Assembly: GCA_034717835.1 (NCBI GenBank)
Contig: JAYELZ010000034.1
Coordinates: forward strand, 1 to 58,625
Origin: Chloroflexota bacterium
GTDB lineage: Bacteria; Chloroflexota; Anaerolineae; B4-G1; SLSP01
Direction of reading: 5' to 3'
DNA: 58,625 nt
Shown: piece by piece, positions 18,395 through 28,370 of the stretch
How the letters are laid out: each line of letters starts with the position of its first letter
How positions within the stretch are numbered: the stretch's first letter is position 1
The notes under the pieces: model-generated
The model's database searches: none
Told to the model about the DNA's origin: nothing
What the model saw: the letters and a program-made list of their open reading frames with translations, nothing else
Position numbers and translations under genes: made by a program

Positions 18395-19075
18395 TCACAA
18401 GAAAAACCACGTTAGTATCACCACGACGACCAGTGCCGGCAAGAGGCTGGTCGTTTTTATCTGTTTGATCTCCAAGAGGTTGATGCCAATCCCCAAAATT
18501 AGCACGCCGCCCACGGCAGAGAGTTGGTTGATGAGCAGCGGGGTGAAGAAGCCTTGAAATTGTCGCGCCAGCAGTGAGATGCTGGCCTGCACCAGGAAGA
18601 GCGGCAGTGCGGAGAGCAGCACTCCGCCGCCATAGACGGAGGCCAACGCCATCGAGGTGAAGCCGTCCAGGATGGCTTTGGTGAAAATTAGGGTGCGGTC
18701 GCCGCTCAGCCCTTCGTTGAGCGCGCCGACAAAGGTCATGGAACCGACGCAGAAGATCAAGAAGGCTGTGACCAAGCCCTCGGTGAAACGTTCATCCTGC
18801 GCGCCTAAGCTGGCTTTGAGGAACTCGCCCAATTTCTCCAGGCGCATATCCAACCGACTCAGCTCGCCCCAGATGCCGCCTCCAATGAGGCTGAAGATGA
18901 GCACCAGGAAATTCTCGCTCTGTAAGGCCATCTTCATTCCCAAAACCAACGTCGCCAGCCCCACCGCTTGGAAGATGATGGCTTGGATTTTCTGCGGGAA
19001 TTTATGGCGTAGCGACATGCCAATGGCGCTGCCCACAAGCACCGTTATAGCATTGACTAGACTTCCAATGGGCAT
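18395..19075 (-). CDS. DUF554 family membrane protein
   Basis: GSLVN, FCVGSMT, KAILDG, GGVLILGIGINLL. Confidence 0.9.
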   Translation of the reverse strand: MPIGSLVNAITVLVGSAIGMSLRHKFPQKIQAIIFQAVGLATLVLGMKMALQSENFLVLIFSLIGGGIWGELSRLDMRLEKLGEFLKASLGAQDERFTEGLVTAFLIFCVGSMTFVGALNEGLSGDRTLIFTKAILDGFTSMALASVYGGGVLLSALPLFLVQASISLLARQFQGFFTPLLINQLSAVGGVLILGIGINLLEIKQIKTTSLLPALVVVVILTWFFL

Positions 19076-19078
19076 AGT

Positions 19079-21220
19079 TTACTCCGCTAGCTTCAATCCG
19101 ATGCGGCCACGTTCCAAATCTACTTTGATGACGGTTACCTTCACCACGTCGCCCACCGAGACTTTGTCGTGGGGATTGCTGATGTATTCGTTCCCCATTT
19201 GGCTGATGTGGATGAGTCCTGCACGTTTGACGCCGATATCGACGAATGCGCCAAAATCAACGACGTTGCGCACTGTGCCACGTAATTGCAGCCCCTCGTG
19301 GAGATCGTCTATCTTCAATATATCTCCGCGCAGCAGCGGGCCGGCCAGCGCGTCGCGTGGATCGCGGCCGGGACGCGCCAGCGCGTCCAAGATATCTTCC
19401 AGCGTGGGTAATCCGCTACCGAGCTCCGCTGCCAGTGGCGCCAGACCGGTCTCGTTGCGCAGCGTGGCTAATTCGTGGGCTAACTGCGGCGCGCCGAGCG
19501 GCGCCTTCAGCCGCGCCAGGAGCGCGCGCGCCACTGGGTAGCTTTCGGGATGGATGGACGTATCATCCAGCGGATCTTTCCCTCCGGGGACGCGGAGAAA
19601 ACCGGCGGCTTGCTCAAAGGTCTTAGGGCCGATGCCGCGCACTTCTTGCAACGCCGCCCGCGTGGGGAAGGGGCCGTGCTCATCACGGTACACCACTACC
19701 GCCTCCGCCGTCTTCGGGCCGATGCCGGAGATATGTTGCAATAGCGCGGCGGAAGCCGTGTTCAGATCAATCCCCACGCTATGTACCACCGACTCGACGA
19801 CCGCATCCAACGCTTCCGCCAATGTGGTTTGATTGACGTCGTGTTGGTACAGCCCCACCCCGATAGCCTGCGGATCAATCTTGATCAACTCCGCCAACGG
19901 ATCTTGGAGGCGGCGGGCAATGGAGACCGCGCCACGTAACGTGACGTCCAGCTCGGGCAACTCGCGCCGCGCTAACTGGGAAGCGGAGTAAACGGACGCC
20001 CCGGCCTCACTCACGATGGTGTATTTGGCCTGCGCGCCTTCTTGATGGAGCAGTCCTGCGACCAGCTGTTCAGTCTCCCGACTGGCAGTCCCGTTGCCGA
20101 TGGCGATGACTGTAACCTGATGGTGCTTTCCCAGCCGGCGCAATTTCGCCTTAGCGCGCTCCGGATGCCGGTCGGGGTAGATGACGGCGGTATCCAGCAC
20201 CTTGCCGGTGGGATCCACCACCGCTACCTTGCAGCCGGTCCGGATGCCGGGATCAATACCCAGCACCGTCTGCCCGCGCAGGGGTGGCTGGAGGAGTAAC
20301 GAACGCAAGTTGGTGGCAAAGACGCCGCTAGCGTGCGCGTCGGCCAGCGCCGCCAGCGCACTGCGCGCCTCGCGCTCAATCGCTGGGAAGAGCAGCCGTT
20401 GGAAGCCGTCCTCTCGCGCTGCTAGCAGATCGTCCGCGAAGGGACTGCCGTAATCGGTGGAATAGTATTTCGAGAGGATGCCTACCGCAGCTTGTGCAGG
20501 GACTTCTAATCCCAACTTCAATACTTCTGCCCGCTCGGCGCGATTGAGCGCCATGACCTGGTGTGGACGGATCGCGCTCAAGGCTGCCGCAAAATCGTAA
20601 TAGGTGCGGTAAAGGCCCTGGGGATCTTTCTCTTTAACGGTGTCGGTGGCTAATAGCTGCCCTTGGCGTTGTGCCAGCTTGCGCAGCTTGCCGCGCGCCC
20701 GGGGATCATCGGCGATGACCTCGGCCACGATGTCCCTGGCACCGGCGTAGGCTTCCTCGGTAGAGGCCACTTTCCCGTTCAAGAAGTCGCTCGCGGCCTG
20801 CTCCCGTTCCTCCTCCAGAGACTGCGTGAGAATCAGTTCTGCCAGCGGCTCCAGCCCTTTTTCACGGGCCATGGTAGCGCGAGTCCGCCGCTGGGGCTTG
20901 AAGGGTCGGTAGAGGTCTTCCAAGCGGTGCAGTGTGTCGGCGGCATCCAACTCTGCGGCTCGCTCTGGGGTGAGTACGTCCTGTTCGGCCATACTCCGGC
21001 GAATCGTCTCGCGTCGTTTTTCCAAGTTACGGCGGTAGCGCAGCCGTTCAGCGAGCTGGCGCAACTCCTCCTCGTCCAACGAGTCCGTAACCTCTTTGCG
21101 GTAACGGGCGATGAAGGGGATGGTGTTGCCCGCATCCAACAAATCCACCGCCTGCTCAACGCGCGGTCGCTCAAGGGTTAGCTCAGTCGCTACTGCCGCG
21201 ATAATTTCTGAACGTTCCAC
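19079..21220 (-). CDS. tex: Tex family RNA-binding transcriptional accessory protein
   Basis: GNTIPFIARYRKE, GIDPGIRTGCK, IGNGTASRET, SEAGASVYSAS, C-terminal S1 domain VRNVVDFGAFVDIG. Confidence 0.95.
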   Translation of the reverse strand: MERSEIIAAVATELTLERPRVEQAVDLLDAGNTIPFIARYRKEVTDSLDEEELRQLAERLRYRRNLEKRRETIRRSMAEQDVLTPERAAELDAADTLHRLEDLYRPFKPQRRTRATMAREKGLEPLAELILTQSLEEEREQAASDFLNGKVASTEEAYAGARDIVAEVIADDPRARGKLRKLAQRQGQLLATDTVKEKDPQGLYRTYYDFAAALSAIRPHQVMALNRAERAEVLKLGLEVPAQAAVGILSKYYSTDYGSPFADDLLAAREDGFQRLLFPAIEREARSALAALADAHASGVFATNLRSLLLQPPLRGQTVLGIDPGIRTGCKVAVVDPTGKVLDTAVIYPDRHPERAKAKLRRLGKHHQVTVIAIGNGTASRETEQLVAGLLHQEGAQAKYTIVSEAGASVYSASQLARRELPELDVTLRGAVSIARRLQDPLAELIKIDPQAIGVGLYQHDVNQTTLAEALDAVVESVVHSVGIDLNTASAALLQHISGIGPKTAEAVVVYRDEHGPFPTRAALQEVRGIGPKTFEQAAGFLRVPGGKDPLDDTSIHPESYPVARALLARLKAPLGAPQLAHELATLRNETGLAPLAAELGSGLPTLEDILDALARPGRDPRDALAGPLLRGDILKIDDLHEGLQLRGTVRNVVDFGAFVDIGVKRAGLIHISQMGNEYISNPHDKVSVGDVVKVTVIKVDLERGRIGLKLAE

Positions 21221-21334
21221 CAGTACCTCCTGGGGTGTAATTTGTGAGCCGTCACGCTACTCGTATCACCTGGCTGTGGCCGGTCTCCTGACCGCGCCAC
21301 CCTCGTGTCAAGGCCATGCCTCAGCGGTAAAACT

Positions 21335-22168
21335 TTACTTCTCTACCAACTCTAACACGCCGTCCGCTCCAATGGGAAAATGGTGCCCCTGCGGACAAAC
21401 CAGCTGCTCTTTTTCCGCGCGTAACTCTTGGGCACAGCGGGGACAGCGCAGCGTCTCCACGCCTGACGCGGCCCGGGGCTGTCGCCAGAGGCCGGGCTTC
21501 ACGGCCCAGAGCAGGTCGTAATCCACCAGCCAGCGCTGGGTATGCACCATCTCCAAGCCGTGGGCGCGCAAGAGTTCTTCAAACTCCTGGGGTTGATAGC
21601 TCCGGCCTGGCAGCCAGGCCGCATGTCTCCCCACCCGGTTGGAGATGAGGAAGACACCCCCCGGACGGAGCACGCGCACCATCTCGGCGAGTACCTGCTC
21701 CGGAACAGGCATAAATTCCAACGCCTCCAGCGAGCTCACCGCGTCAAAGGAGTTAGCAGGGAAGGGGAGTTGACTCGCGCCGTGCCAGACCCAGGTGCAG
21801 CGTTCCTTCCAGGTGGCTGTCCGGCGCACGGCTTCGCGCAACATCTGGCGGGAATAATCCAGCCCCACAATCTCACCTCGAAAGGTGGGCAGCGCCAAGA
21901 GCGCGCGGGGTAGACGGGCGGTGCCGGTTGCCACGTCCAAGAGCAAGGGCCGGGGAATCTGTGCCAGGGCGTGAGTTAGCGGCTCGGCTAAGAGGCGGCG
22001 TTCGGATTGTGGGTTAAATCCCTTGATGCGGTCATAGTCGTTGGCGTGGAGGTCGTAGAGGAAACTTACCACTTTGCGTCCCAGATAGGCCCCCTCCGCG
22101 ATGATCAGTTGCCAGTAGAGCAATGTCGCCAGGGCGACGAGGCCGCCGCCCAACCAAGCCCAGGCCAT
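21335..22168 (-). CDS. Class I SAM-dependent methyltransferase with N-terminal TM helix and C-terminal Trm112-like zinc ribbon
   Basis: LLDVATGTAR, GLDYS, LPFPANSFD, RVLRPGG, CPRC...CPQGHHFPI. True start at ATG 22168 (TGATG overlap). Confidence 0.85.
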   Translation of the reverse strand: MAWAWLGGGLVALATLLYWQLIIAEGAYLGRKVVSFLYDLHANDYDRIKGFNPQSERRLLAEPLTHALAQIPRPLLLDVATGTARLPRALLALPTFRGEIVGLDYSRQMLREAVRRTATWKERCTWVWHGASQLPFPANSFDAVSSLEALEFMPVPEQVLAEMVRVLRPGGVFLISNRVGRHAAWLPGRSYQPQEFEELLRAHGLEMVHTQRWLVDYDLLWAVKPGLWRQPRAASGVETLRCPRCAQELRAEKEQLVCPQGHHFPIGADGVLELVEK

Positions 22169-23013
22169 CAGAGCACCCAAGCCACCAGCGCGAGCATCAG
22201 CAGCAACCACCGGGCCACGGCGGCACGATGCGCGGAGAGTTCCACGCGCTCCAGGGCCAGCCTCCAGCCAGGCACAGAGAGGAGCAATAGCAATCCTGTG
22301 GCTACGGCTTGACCTTGCCAGAGGAGCACCAGCCCGACCAGGGCCGCGCCGAGGGCGGCCCTCCACGAGGGGCGCGTGTGCCCGCTTACTAGGAAGGTAA
22401 GCGCCAGCGCGGTCAGCAGGGCCAGGGCGGAGAGCGGCTCGCCGGTCAAGGCCGCGCCTAAGAGCCAGGGCAACCCCACGAGCGCGAGGGCTTCCCAGAG
22501 CGACCCGACTGTCCCGCGCCCCTCGTTCCAGAGCGCGGCCAGCTCGGCCCAGGTGAGGAGCAGTAGCGTGAGCAGCAGGGCCGTGCGGCCCAACGCCGCG
22601 CTGAGAAGCAAGCTCACCAGCGCAGCGAGCGCTGCCGAGCGGAGCGGCCGCGAGAGCGCGGCGGCTCCTTCCGCCCGCCACCAGCCCCGCGCCTGTCCCA
22701 GCGACTGGTGGAGCGCGGCACCCGGCGTTTCTGGTTGCAGATAGGGCCAGTTATCGAGCGGTGCCAGTCCCTCCCAATTCTGCCAACTTTGTAGTGCTAC
22801 GGCCCAATCCGTCGCGGTGCTGGCGCGCCAGAGCGGCAGCCAGCCCGCCAGGAGCAAGCCCAGAGCCAGCGCGAGCGGACTTAGCTCGTCTAACGGGGTG
22901 GGTAGGCTGGCGTAAGCCCCTCCCCCCAGAGCGACCGCTGGTAAGAGCAGCCAGCCGCCCTCCCAACGACCTAACCAAAAATTCAACTCGGAGGTTTGTA
23001 TTTCGTTTTCCAT
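22168..23013 (-). CDS. Hypothetical polytopic membrane protein
   Basis: Leu/Ala/Trp-rich multi-TM ORF, translationally coupled to the methyltransferase. Confidence 0.7.
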   Translation of the reverse strand: MENEIQTSELNFWLGRWEGGWLLLPAVALGGGAYASLPTPLDELSPLALALGLLLAGWLPLWRASTATDWAVALQSWQNWEGLAPLDNWPYLQPETPGAALHQSLGQARGWWRAEGAAALSRPLRSAALAALVSLLLSAALGRTALLLTLLLLTWAELAALWNEGRGTVGSLWEALALVGLPWLLGAALTGEPLSALALLTALALTFLVSGHTRPSWRAALGAALVGLVLLWQGQAVATGLLLLLSVPGWRLALERVELSAHRAAVARWLLLMLALVAWVL

Positions 23014-23027
23014 AACAACGAGTATTA

Positions 23028-23078
23028 TACCAGTGTAACGCGGAATGCCATTCCGCTATGTACCAGTGTAACGCGGAA
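23028..23078. repeat. 18-bp direct repeat containing REP-like palindrome family B
   Basis: TACCAGTGTAACGCGGAA at 23028 and 23061. The GCGGAATG.CATTCCGC palindrome recurs at 57304-57327. Confidence 0.7.
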
Positions 23079-23205
23079 CGTTACTCCACTGCGTAGTGAA
23101 TCCCTCCGATTGTTTAACCCATTATTCATGGCATAATGGGGGGAGAGGCACTAAATTAGTTGGCTATGAATTCCTTGGTAAATATGTGTGGCTTTGGGTG
23201 AATGT

Positions 23206-25578
23206 ATGGGAAATTTGATACCAGAGTTTATTTGTCAGCAGGTAACAGAGCAACACGCGGTAGGGCATTTAGCGGCGGCTACCCTCTTTGTCGATATCTC
23301 CGGTTTTACGGAGTTGACTGAATCTCTTAAGCAATACGGGACCGATGGCGCAGATCTGTTGACGGAGCTCTTGAATACTACTTTCGCCCCGTTGGTAGCG
23401 GCGGTGTATGCGCAGGAGGGGTTCATCGCCAATTTTGAGGGCGATGCGTTCATGGCGCTCTTCCCGCGCCGGGAGGAGGGAACAGTTGCTCTGGTGGCTC
23501 GCCGCGCTCTCCAGGCAGCAGCTCTCATCCAACAATTTTTTGCGCAACAGGGACGGCGGCAAACTCGCTATGGCAATTATGTACTGAGCGTCAAGATCGG
23601 GGTCTCCTGGGGGAGCGTGCGCTGGGGGGTTCTGCGCGGGGCACGTGGAAAAACCTACTTCTTTCGAGGGCCGGCGCTGGAGGGAGCTACGAGCGCGGAG
23701 AGATGTGCCTCTGGGGGCGCGATTGTCTGCGACGCGGCTCTGCACCAACAGTTACCTGGTGAGATGAGGGTCGTACAGTTGGTGCCGGGGTATTATCTCC
23801 TGACCGAGTGTCCCACTGCTCCCCTGCGTTTGTCCCCGGTTTCCATGGTAGATCTCTCGCGTGAGTCACTGGAGGCATTCATCTGGCAGCCAGTGTTGGA
23901 CTTGGTTGCCAGTCGGGTGACAGCAGAGTTCCGGCCGGTGGTCAGCGTCTTTATCTCATTTGTGGCGACTCCTCACGACGAGCGCTGGCAGGATTTTGTG
24001 GCGACGGTGCTGGATACGGCGCTGGAGTATGAAGGCTACTTTAACAAAGTCAATTTTGGGGATAAAGGCCCCGTTATCTTGGTGCTTTTTGGGGCCCCCT
24101 TGACTCGTGGTAACGATGCGGTGCGGGCGGTTGATTTCCTGCTGGCACTGCGCGAGAAAGCTCCGCCAGAAGCTTGTGCTTGGCGGGCTGGCGTGAGCTC
24201 CGGTACGGCATACGCGGGGATAGTGGGCGGCGAGGAGCGTTGTGAGTATACGGCGATTGGCAACGCGGTCAACTTCGCGTCGCGGCTGATGATGCGGGCG
24301 GCGTGGGGGGAGACGCTAATTTCGGCTACTCTGGCGCAGAAGGAGAGAGTGGCTAGCGAGTACCTCGGGGAATTTACCTACCGGGGTTTTGAGGCTCCTC
24401 GTCCCACCTACCGTTTGCAGGGACGGCGCCGGACTGCCGGGAGTTTCTTTGCTCAAAAGTTGATTGGGCGGGAGGCGGAATTACAGCAGCTCCAGAGGGC
24501 CGCACAACCGTTCATAAAGGGGAAATCGGCGGGGGTGGCGATCATTTATGGCCCTGCGGGGATTGGTAAATCACATTTGATGTATGAGTTGCAAGTTAGG
24601 CTACGTCGCATGCAAGAAATTACTTATTTTGTCGGGCAGACGGATCAGATTTTGCAACGGGCTTTCAGTCCCTTCACTTATATCCTTAACGCTTATTTCC
24701 AGCAGACCACAGATAGTACTCCTACGGAGAATGAGAGACGTTTCACTGCGCGCTTTGAGCGACTCTTGCATGATTTGGAACAAGCTGACGCCACTCAGTC
24801 TCAGGATCAGCACTATTTGCGGGACGAGCTCCGGCGGGGGAAATCTATCTTGGGCGCGTTAGTGGGCTTGCACTGGCCGGGCTCACTCTACGAAACTCTG
24901 GATGGTAAGTTGCGCTATCAAAACACACTCTACGCCATTAGAGCATTCTTGTTGGCCGAGTGTACTCTGCATCCAGTTTTATTGGGGTTGGAGGATTTGC
25001 AGTGGTTGGATGAATCTTCCCGCGAGGTGTTGACTATTCTCAGCCGCAATAGCGCGGAAGTGCCGTTGTACATTGTGCTCACCTCGCGTTACGCGGATGA
25101 TGGGAGTCGCCCCGGCTTGAACTTACCGGTTGATACATCGCTTCTTACCATTGACCTCGCGGCGCTGTCGTCTCAGGGGGTACGGCAGCAAGCGGAAAGT
25201 CTCTTGGGCAGCGCGGTCAATGATAAGTTGGTGACGCTGCTGGCCGAACGGACACAGGCCAATCCGTTCTTTGTGCAACAATTCCTCTACTATTTCCAAG
25301 AAAATGGCTGGTTAGAGAAGGTTCCGGCGGTAGAGCCGTCCGGGATAGCGAGCTGGACGGTACGTGCGAATATCTCGGCTACCATGCCAACTACCATCAA
25401 CGCGGTGTTGATGGCGCGTATTGATCGCTTGAGCCAGGATGTGAAAGAGGTCGTTAAAGTTGCCTCCGTCCTGGGGCGCGAGTTCGACGATCGCATTCTG
25501 GAGCATATTTTGCAGGCCGATCTTTCCGCAGAGATAGAACGAGCAGAAAGTAAACGAATTTGGGCGAAGGTGCGCTAA
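23206..25578 (+). CDS. Tandem class III adenylate/guanylate cyclase domains plus STAND AAA ATPase (N-terminal part of a split gene)
   Basis: FVDISGFT, FEGDAF, GDKG...LFGAP, EYTAIGNAVNFASRLM, LIGREAEL, GPAGIGKS, LEDLQWLD, ANPFF, ARIDRL. Confidence 0.85.
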   Translation: MGNLIPEFICQQVTEQHAVGHLAAATLFVDISGFTELTESLKQYGTDGADLLTELLNTTFAPLVAAVYAQEGFIANFEGDAFMALFPRREEGTVALVARRALQAAALIQQFFAQQGRRQTRYGNYVLSVKIGVSWGSVRWGVLRGARGKTYFFRGPALEGATSAERCASGGAIVCDAALHQQLPGEMRVVQLVPGYYLLTECPTAPLRLSPVSMVDLSRESLEAFIWQPVLDLVASRVTAEFRPVVSVFISFVATPHDERWQDFVATVLDTALEYEGYFNKVNFGDKGPVILVLFGAPLTRGNDAVRAVDFLLALREKAPPEACAWRAGVSSGTAYAGIVGGEERCEYTAIGNAVNFASRLMMRAAWGETLISATLAQKERVASEYLGEFTYRGFEAPRPTYRLQGRRRTAGSFFAQKLIGREAELQQLQRAAQPFIKGKSAGVAIIYGPAGIGKSHLMYELQVRLRRMQEITYFVGQTDQILQRAFSPFTYILNAYFQQTTDSTPTENERRFTARFERLLHDLEQADATQSQDQHYLRDELRRGKSILGALVGLHWPGSLYETLDGKLRYQNTLYAIRAFLLAECTLHPVLLGLEDLQWLDESSREVLTILSRNSAEVPLYIVLTSRYADDGSRPGLNLPVDTSLLTIDLAALSSQGVRQQAESLLGSAVNDKLVTLLAERTQANPFFVQQFLYYFQENGWLEKVPAVEPSGIASWTVRANISATMPTTINAVLMARIDRLSQDVKEVVKVASVLGREFDDRILEHILQADLSAEIERAESKRIWAKVR

Positions 25579-27188
25579 TGCACTACCTTTTCAAGCATGT
25601 GCTATTACGGGATGTGGCTTATGATATGCAATTGCGTCAGCGGTTGCAAATGCTACACCTGCGAGCTGCCAGGGCAATTGAGGAGCTGTACAGCGAATCC
25701 CTTCTCCCTTACTACGCCGATTTGGCTTACCATTACGGCCAGGCGGGGTTGGAGGAGCAGGAGCGCCAGTATTCCTTCTTGGCCGGTCAATGCGCCGCGC
25801 AAGAATATGCTAATGAGGAAGCGGTCAACTTTCTCAGCCGCGCTTTAGAGCTTACGCCAGCGGATGATCGGGCGGAGCGGGGAAAGATATTGCTGGTCCG
25901 TGAAGAGCTTTACAGTTTACAGGGTAATCGTGAGGCTCAGCTGCGGGACTTACAGACTTTGCTATTTTTGACCCAGGGGGAGCAAAAAGCCCAAGCGGTG
26001 TTGCGGCAAGCTCAATACGCGGAGTTGGCCGGGAATTACACCGGTTCCGAGGCCTTTGCTCAACGGGCGGTCAAATTAGCGCAACGCCATCAGAATGCGG
26101 AGTTGGAGACCGCGGCTTATCTCCAGTGGGGGCGGAGTATTTGGAGGCAAGGGCGCTATCAAGAGGCGGCTCCCCATTTCCAGCAAGCCCTAGACCTAGC
26201 CCGGCAGGCAGTATTACCCCGGCTGGAAGCGGATGCTCTTCGCAATTTGGGCAATACCTACTGGTGCGAGGTGGCTTACTCAGAGGCGATGGCTTATTAT
26301 CAACAGGCGCTTTCGCGTTACCGGGAGTTGAATGACAAGCGCGGCGAGAGCGCTACCCTAAATAATATCGGGATTGTCTTGCGCGATCAAGCGGTTTACG
26401 CTCAAGCGTGGCACTACAGCACGCAAGCGCTCAAGATAAAGGAGGCTATTGGGGATCGCATCGGAACTGGAATTGCCTATGCCAGCTTGGGTGAGCTAGA
26501 GTATTATCTAGGTCGTTATGCCCAAGCGCAGGAATACCATCACCGCTCGCTGCTCTTTAGCCAGGAGGCTGCGGATTCCCCCGGTGAATGTGGCGCCTTG
26601 CTCAGTTTGGCCCGGGTGGCTTACCAGCAAGGCCATTACGAGAGAGCCAGAGAATACGGTCAGACGTCTCTGACGAAAGGCAAAACATTAGGTGATCTCC
26701 ATATTCAGGGCTACGTCTATCTTTACCTGGGCCGGATTGCCGTGGCGCAGCAGGATTTCCCCACCGCGAGGGATGCTTACCGGCAATCCCTCGCGCGGCA
26801 TCTTGAACTGAATCAACTCTATCTGACCATTGAACCGCTGATGGGGTTGGCTGAGGTGGAGCTGTTGCAAGGAGAGCCAGAGTCGGCCTTGTCGTTGGTG
26901 GAACAAGCGCTCTCCGATATCCATTTTACGGTGGAGATTGACGTGGTAGCGCAAGGGGCTAAAAGCGTGTTGACCGGAACCTATGACCCTTTCTACGTCT
27001 ACCTAACTGCTTATCGAGTTTGGCGTGCTGTCCTTGACCCGCGCGCAGAGATTGTCTTGCGGGCCGGTGCGCTGAACTTGCGCGCGCGGGCGGAGCAGAT
27101 TACGGAACCAGAACTCCGTCGCTCCTTCTTGGAGAATGTCTCTCTCCATCGCGAGCTACTCGCTGCCGTGGATGATTTGAGTGAGTGA
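25578..27188 (+). CDS. TPR-repeat region (C-terminal part of the split cyclase-STAND-TPR gene)
   Basis: Begins YLFKHVLLRDVAY (winged-helix end of STAND proteins), followed by many TPRs. TAATG overlap with the upstream ORF. Confidence 0.8.
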   Translation: MHYLFKHVLLRDVAYDMQLRQRLQMLHLRAARAIEELYSESLLPYYADLAYHYGQAGLEEQERQYSFLAGQCAAQEYANEEAVNFLSRALELTPADDRAERGKILLVREELYSLQGNREAQLRDLQTLLFLTQGEQKAQAVLRQAQYAELAGNYTGSEAFAQRAVKLAQRHQNAELETAAYLQWGRSIWRQGRYQEAAPHFQQALDLARQAVLPRLEADALRNLGNTYWCEVAYSEAMAYYQQALSRYRELNDKRGESATLNNIGIVLRDQAVYAQAWHYSTQALKIKEAIGDRIGTGIAYASLGELEYYLGRYAQAQEYHHRSLLFSQEAADSPGECGALLSLARVAYQQGHYERAREYGQTSLTKGKTLGDLHIQGYVYLYLGRIAVAQQDFPTARDAYRQSLARHLELNQLYLTIEPLMGLAEVELLQGEPESALSLVEQALSDIHFTVEIDVVAQGAKSVLTGTYDPFYVYLTAYRVWRAVLDPRAEIVLRAGALNLRARAEQITEPELRRSFLENVSLHRELLAAVDDLSE

Positions 27189-27305
27189 TGAGTTATTGCA
27201 CGCTGGGCGCAGATAAAAACCACGGTATCATTTCTAATCTGTGAGCGCAGCCGGCGTTTGGTTGTGTCACTTTTTCAATAAAACTAAATTCAAGGAGAAG
27301 TTAAT

Positions 27306-28331
27306 ATGCGTAAATTGCTGGTAACTGGTGGAGCCGGTTTTATCGGTTCCAATTTTGTCCGCTACATGTTGGAAAAGTACCCTGATTACTCCATCGTCGT
27401 TTATGACAAACTCACCTATGCGGGACGTTTGGAGAACTTAGAGGATATCGCCGCGCGTTTTACTGGGCGCTACAAATTTGTCCGTGGGGATATTTGCGAC
27501 ATGGAGTTGGTAGACCAGACTGTGCAGTGCGAGGGTGTGGATACCATCATCAACTTCGCGGCGGAGACCCACGTGGATCGCTCCCTGATGGATCCTGGTG
27601 CTTTTATACAGACAGATGTTTATGGGACCTTTGTGCTATTGGAGGCGGCGAAGAAGTTCAACCTGGGGCGTTATCATCAGATTGGCACGGATGAGGTTTA
27701 CGGTCAGGTTTTGGAAAATCGCTCTCGGGAACAGGACAACTTGGATCCGCGCAGCCCCTATGCGGCGAGCAAAGCCGGCGGAGATTTGATGGCGTTGGCT
27801 TACTATGAATCCTGGGGTCTGCCGGTAACTCTGACGCGCGGCTCCAACAACGTCGGCCCGTACCAGTATCCAGAGAAAGTAGTGCCGCTCTTTGCTACCA
27901 ACGCGCTTGATGATGAGCCGTTACCCGTTTATGGGGATGGGTTGCAGATGCGCGATTATCAGTACGTCTTGGATCACTGCGAGGGCATTGATTTGGTGTT
28001 ACACCGGGGCAAGCTGGGTGAGATCTACAATGTCGGGACTGGCGCGGAGCTGACCAACTTGGAGATGACCAAAATTGTGCTGGAGACGTTGGGCAAGTCA
28101 GAGAACCTCATCAAGCATGTGGAGGACCGCGCGGGGCATGACCGCCGTTACGCTTTGGATGTTAGCAAATTGCGCGCCTTGGGTTGGGAAAGCCGGCACA
28201 GTTGCGCAGAGGCAGTGGCTAAAACCGTGCAATGGTACGCGGAAAACGAGTGGTGGTGGCGGCCGATCAAGGGGGGGGAGCTCTACCGGGAGTACTATCA
28301 AGAGCAGTATGGGAAGCGGCTGGCTAGTTAG
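27306..28331 (+). CDS. rfbB: dTDP-glucose 4,6-dehydratase
   Basis: TGGAGFIGSNF, DKLTYAG, AAETHVDRS, TDEVYG, PYAASK, DRAGHDRRY. Confidence 0.95.
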   Translation: MRKLLVTGGAGFIGSNFVRYMLEKYPDYSIVVYDKLTYAGRLENLEDIAARFTGRYKFVRGDICDMELVDQTVQCEGVDTIINFAAETHVDRSLMDPGAFIQTDVYGTFVLLEAAKKFNLGRYHQIGTDEVYGQVLENRSREQDNLDPRSPYAASKAGGDLMALAYYESWGLPVTLTRGSNNVGPYQYPEKVVPLFATNALDDEPLPVYGDGLQMRDYQYVLDHCEGIDLVLHRGKLGEIYNVGTGAELTNLEMTKIVLETLGKSENLIKHVEDRAGHDRRYALDVSKLRALGWESRHSCAEAVAKTVQWYAENEWWWRPIKGGELYREYYQEQYGKRLAS

Positions 28332-28370
28332 CCTGTTAGTCTAGTAGCCGTTTGCTGTTAGGTGTTAGCC

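Noticed and set aside
22169-22681. N-terminal 170 aa of the 448-aa ORF 21335..22681
   Set aside because: It is an alternative frame over the membrane-protein gene. The methyltransferase starts at ATG 22168, coupled to the upstream stop.
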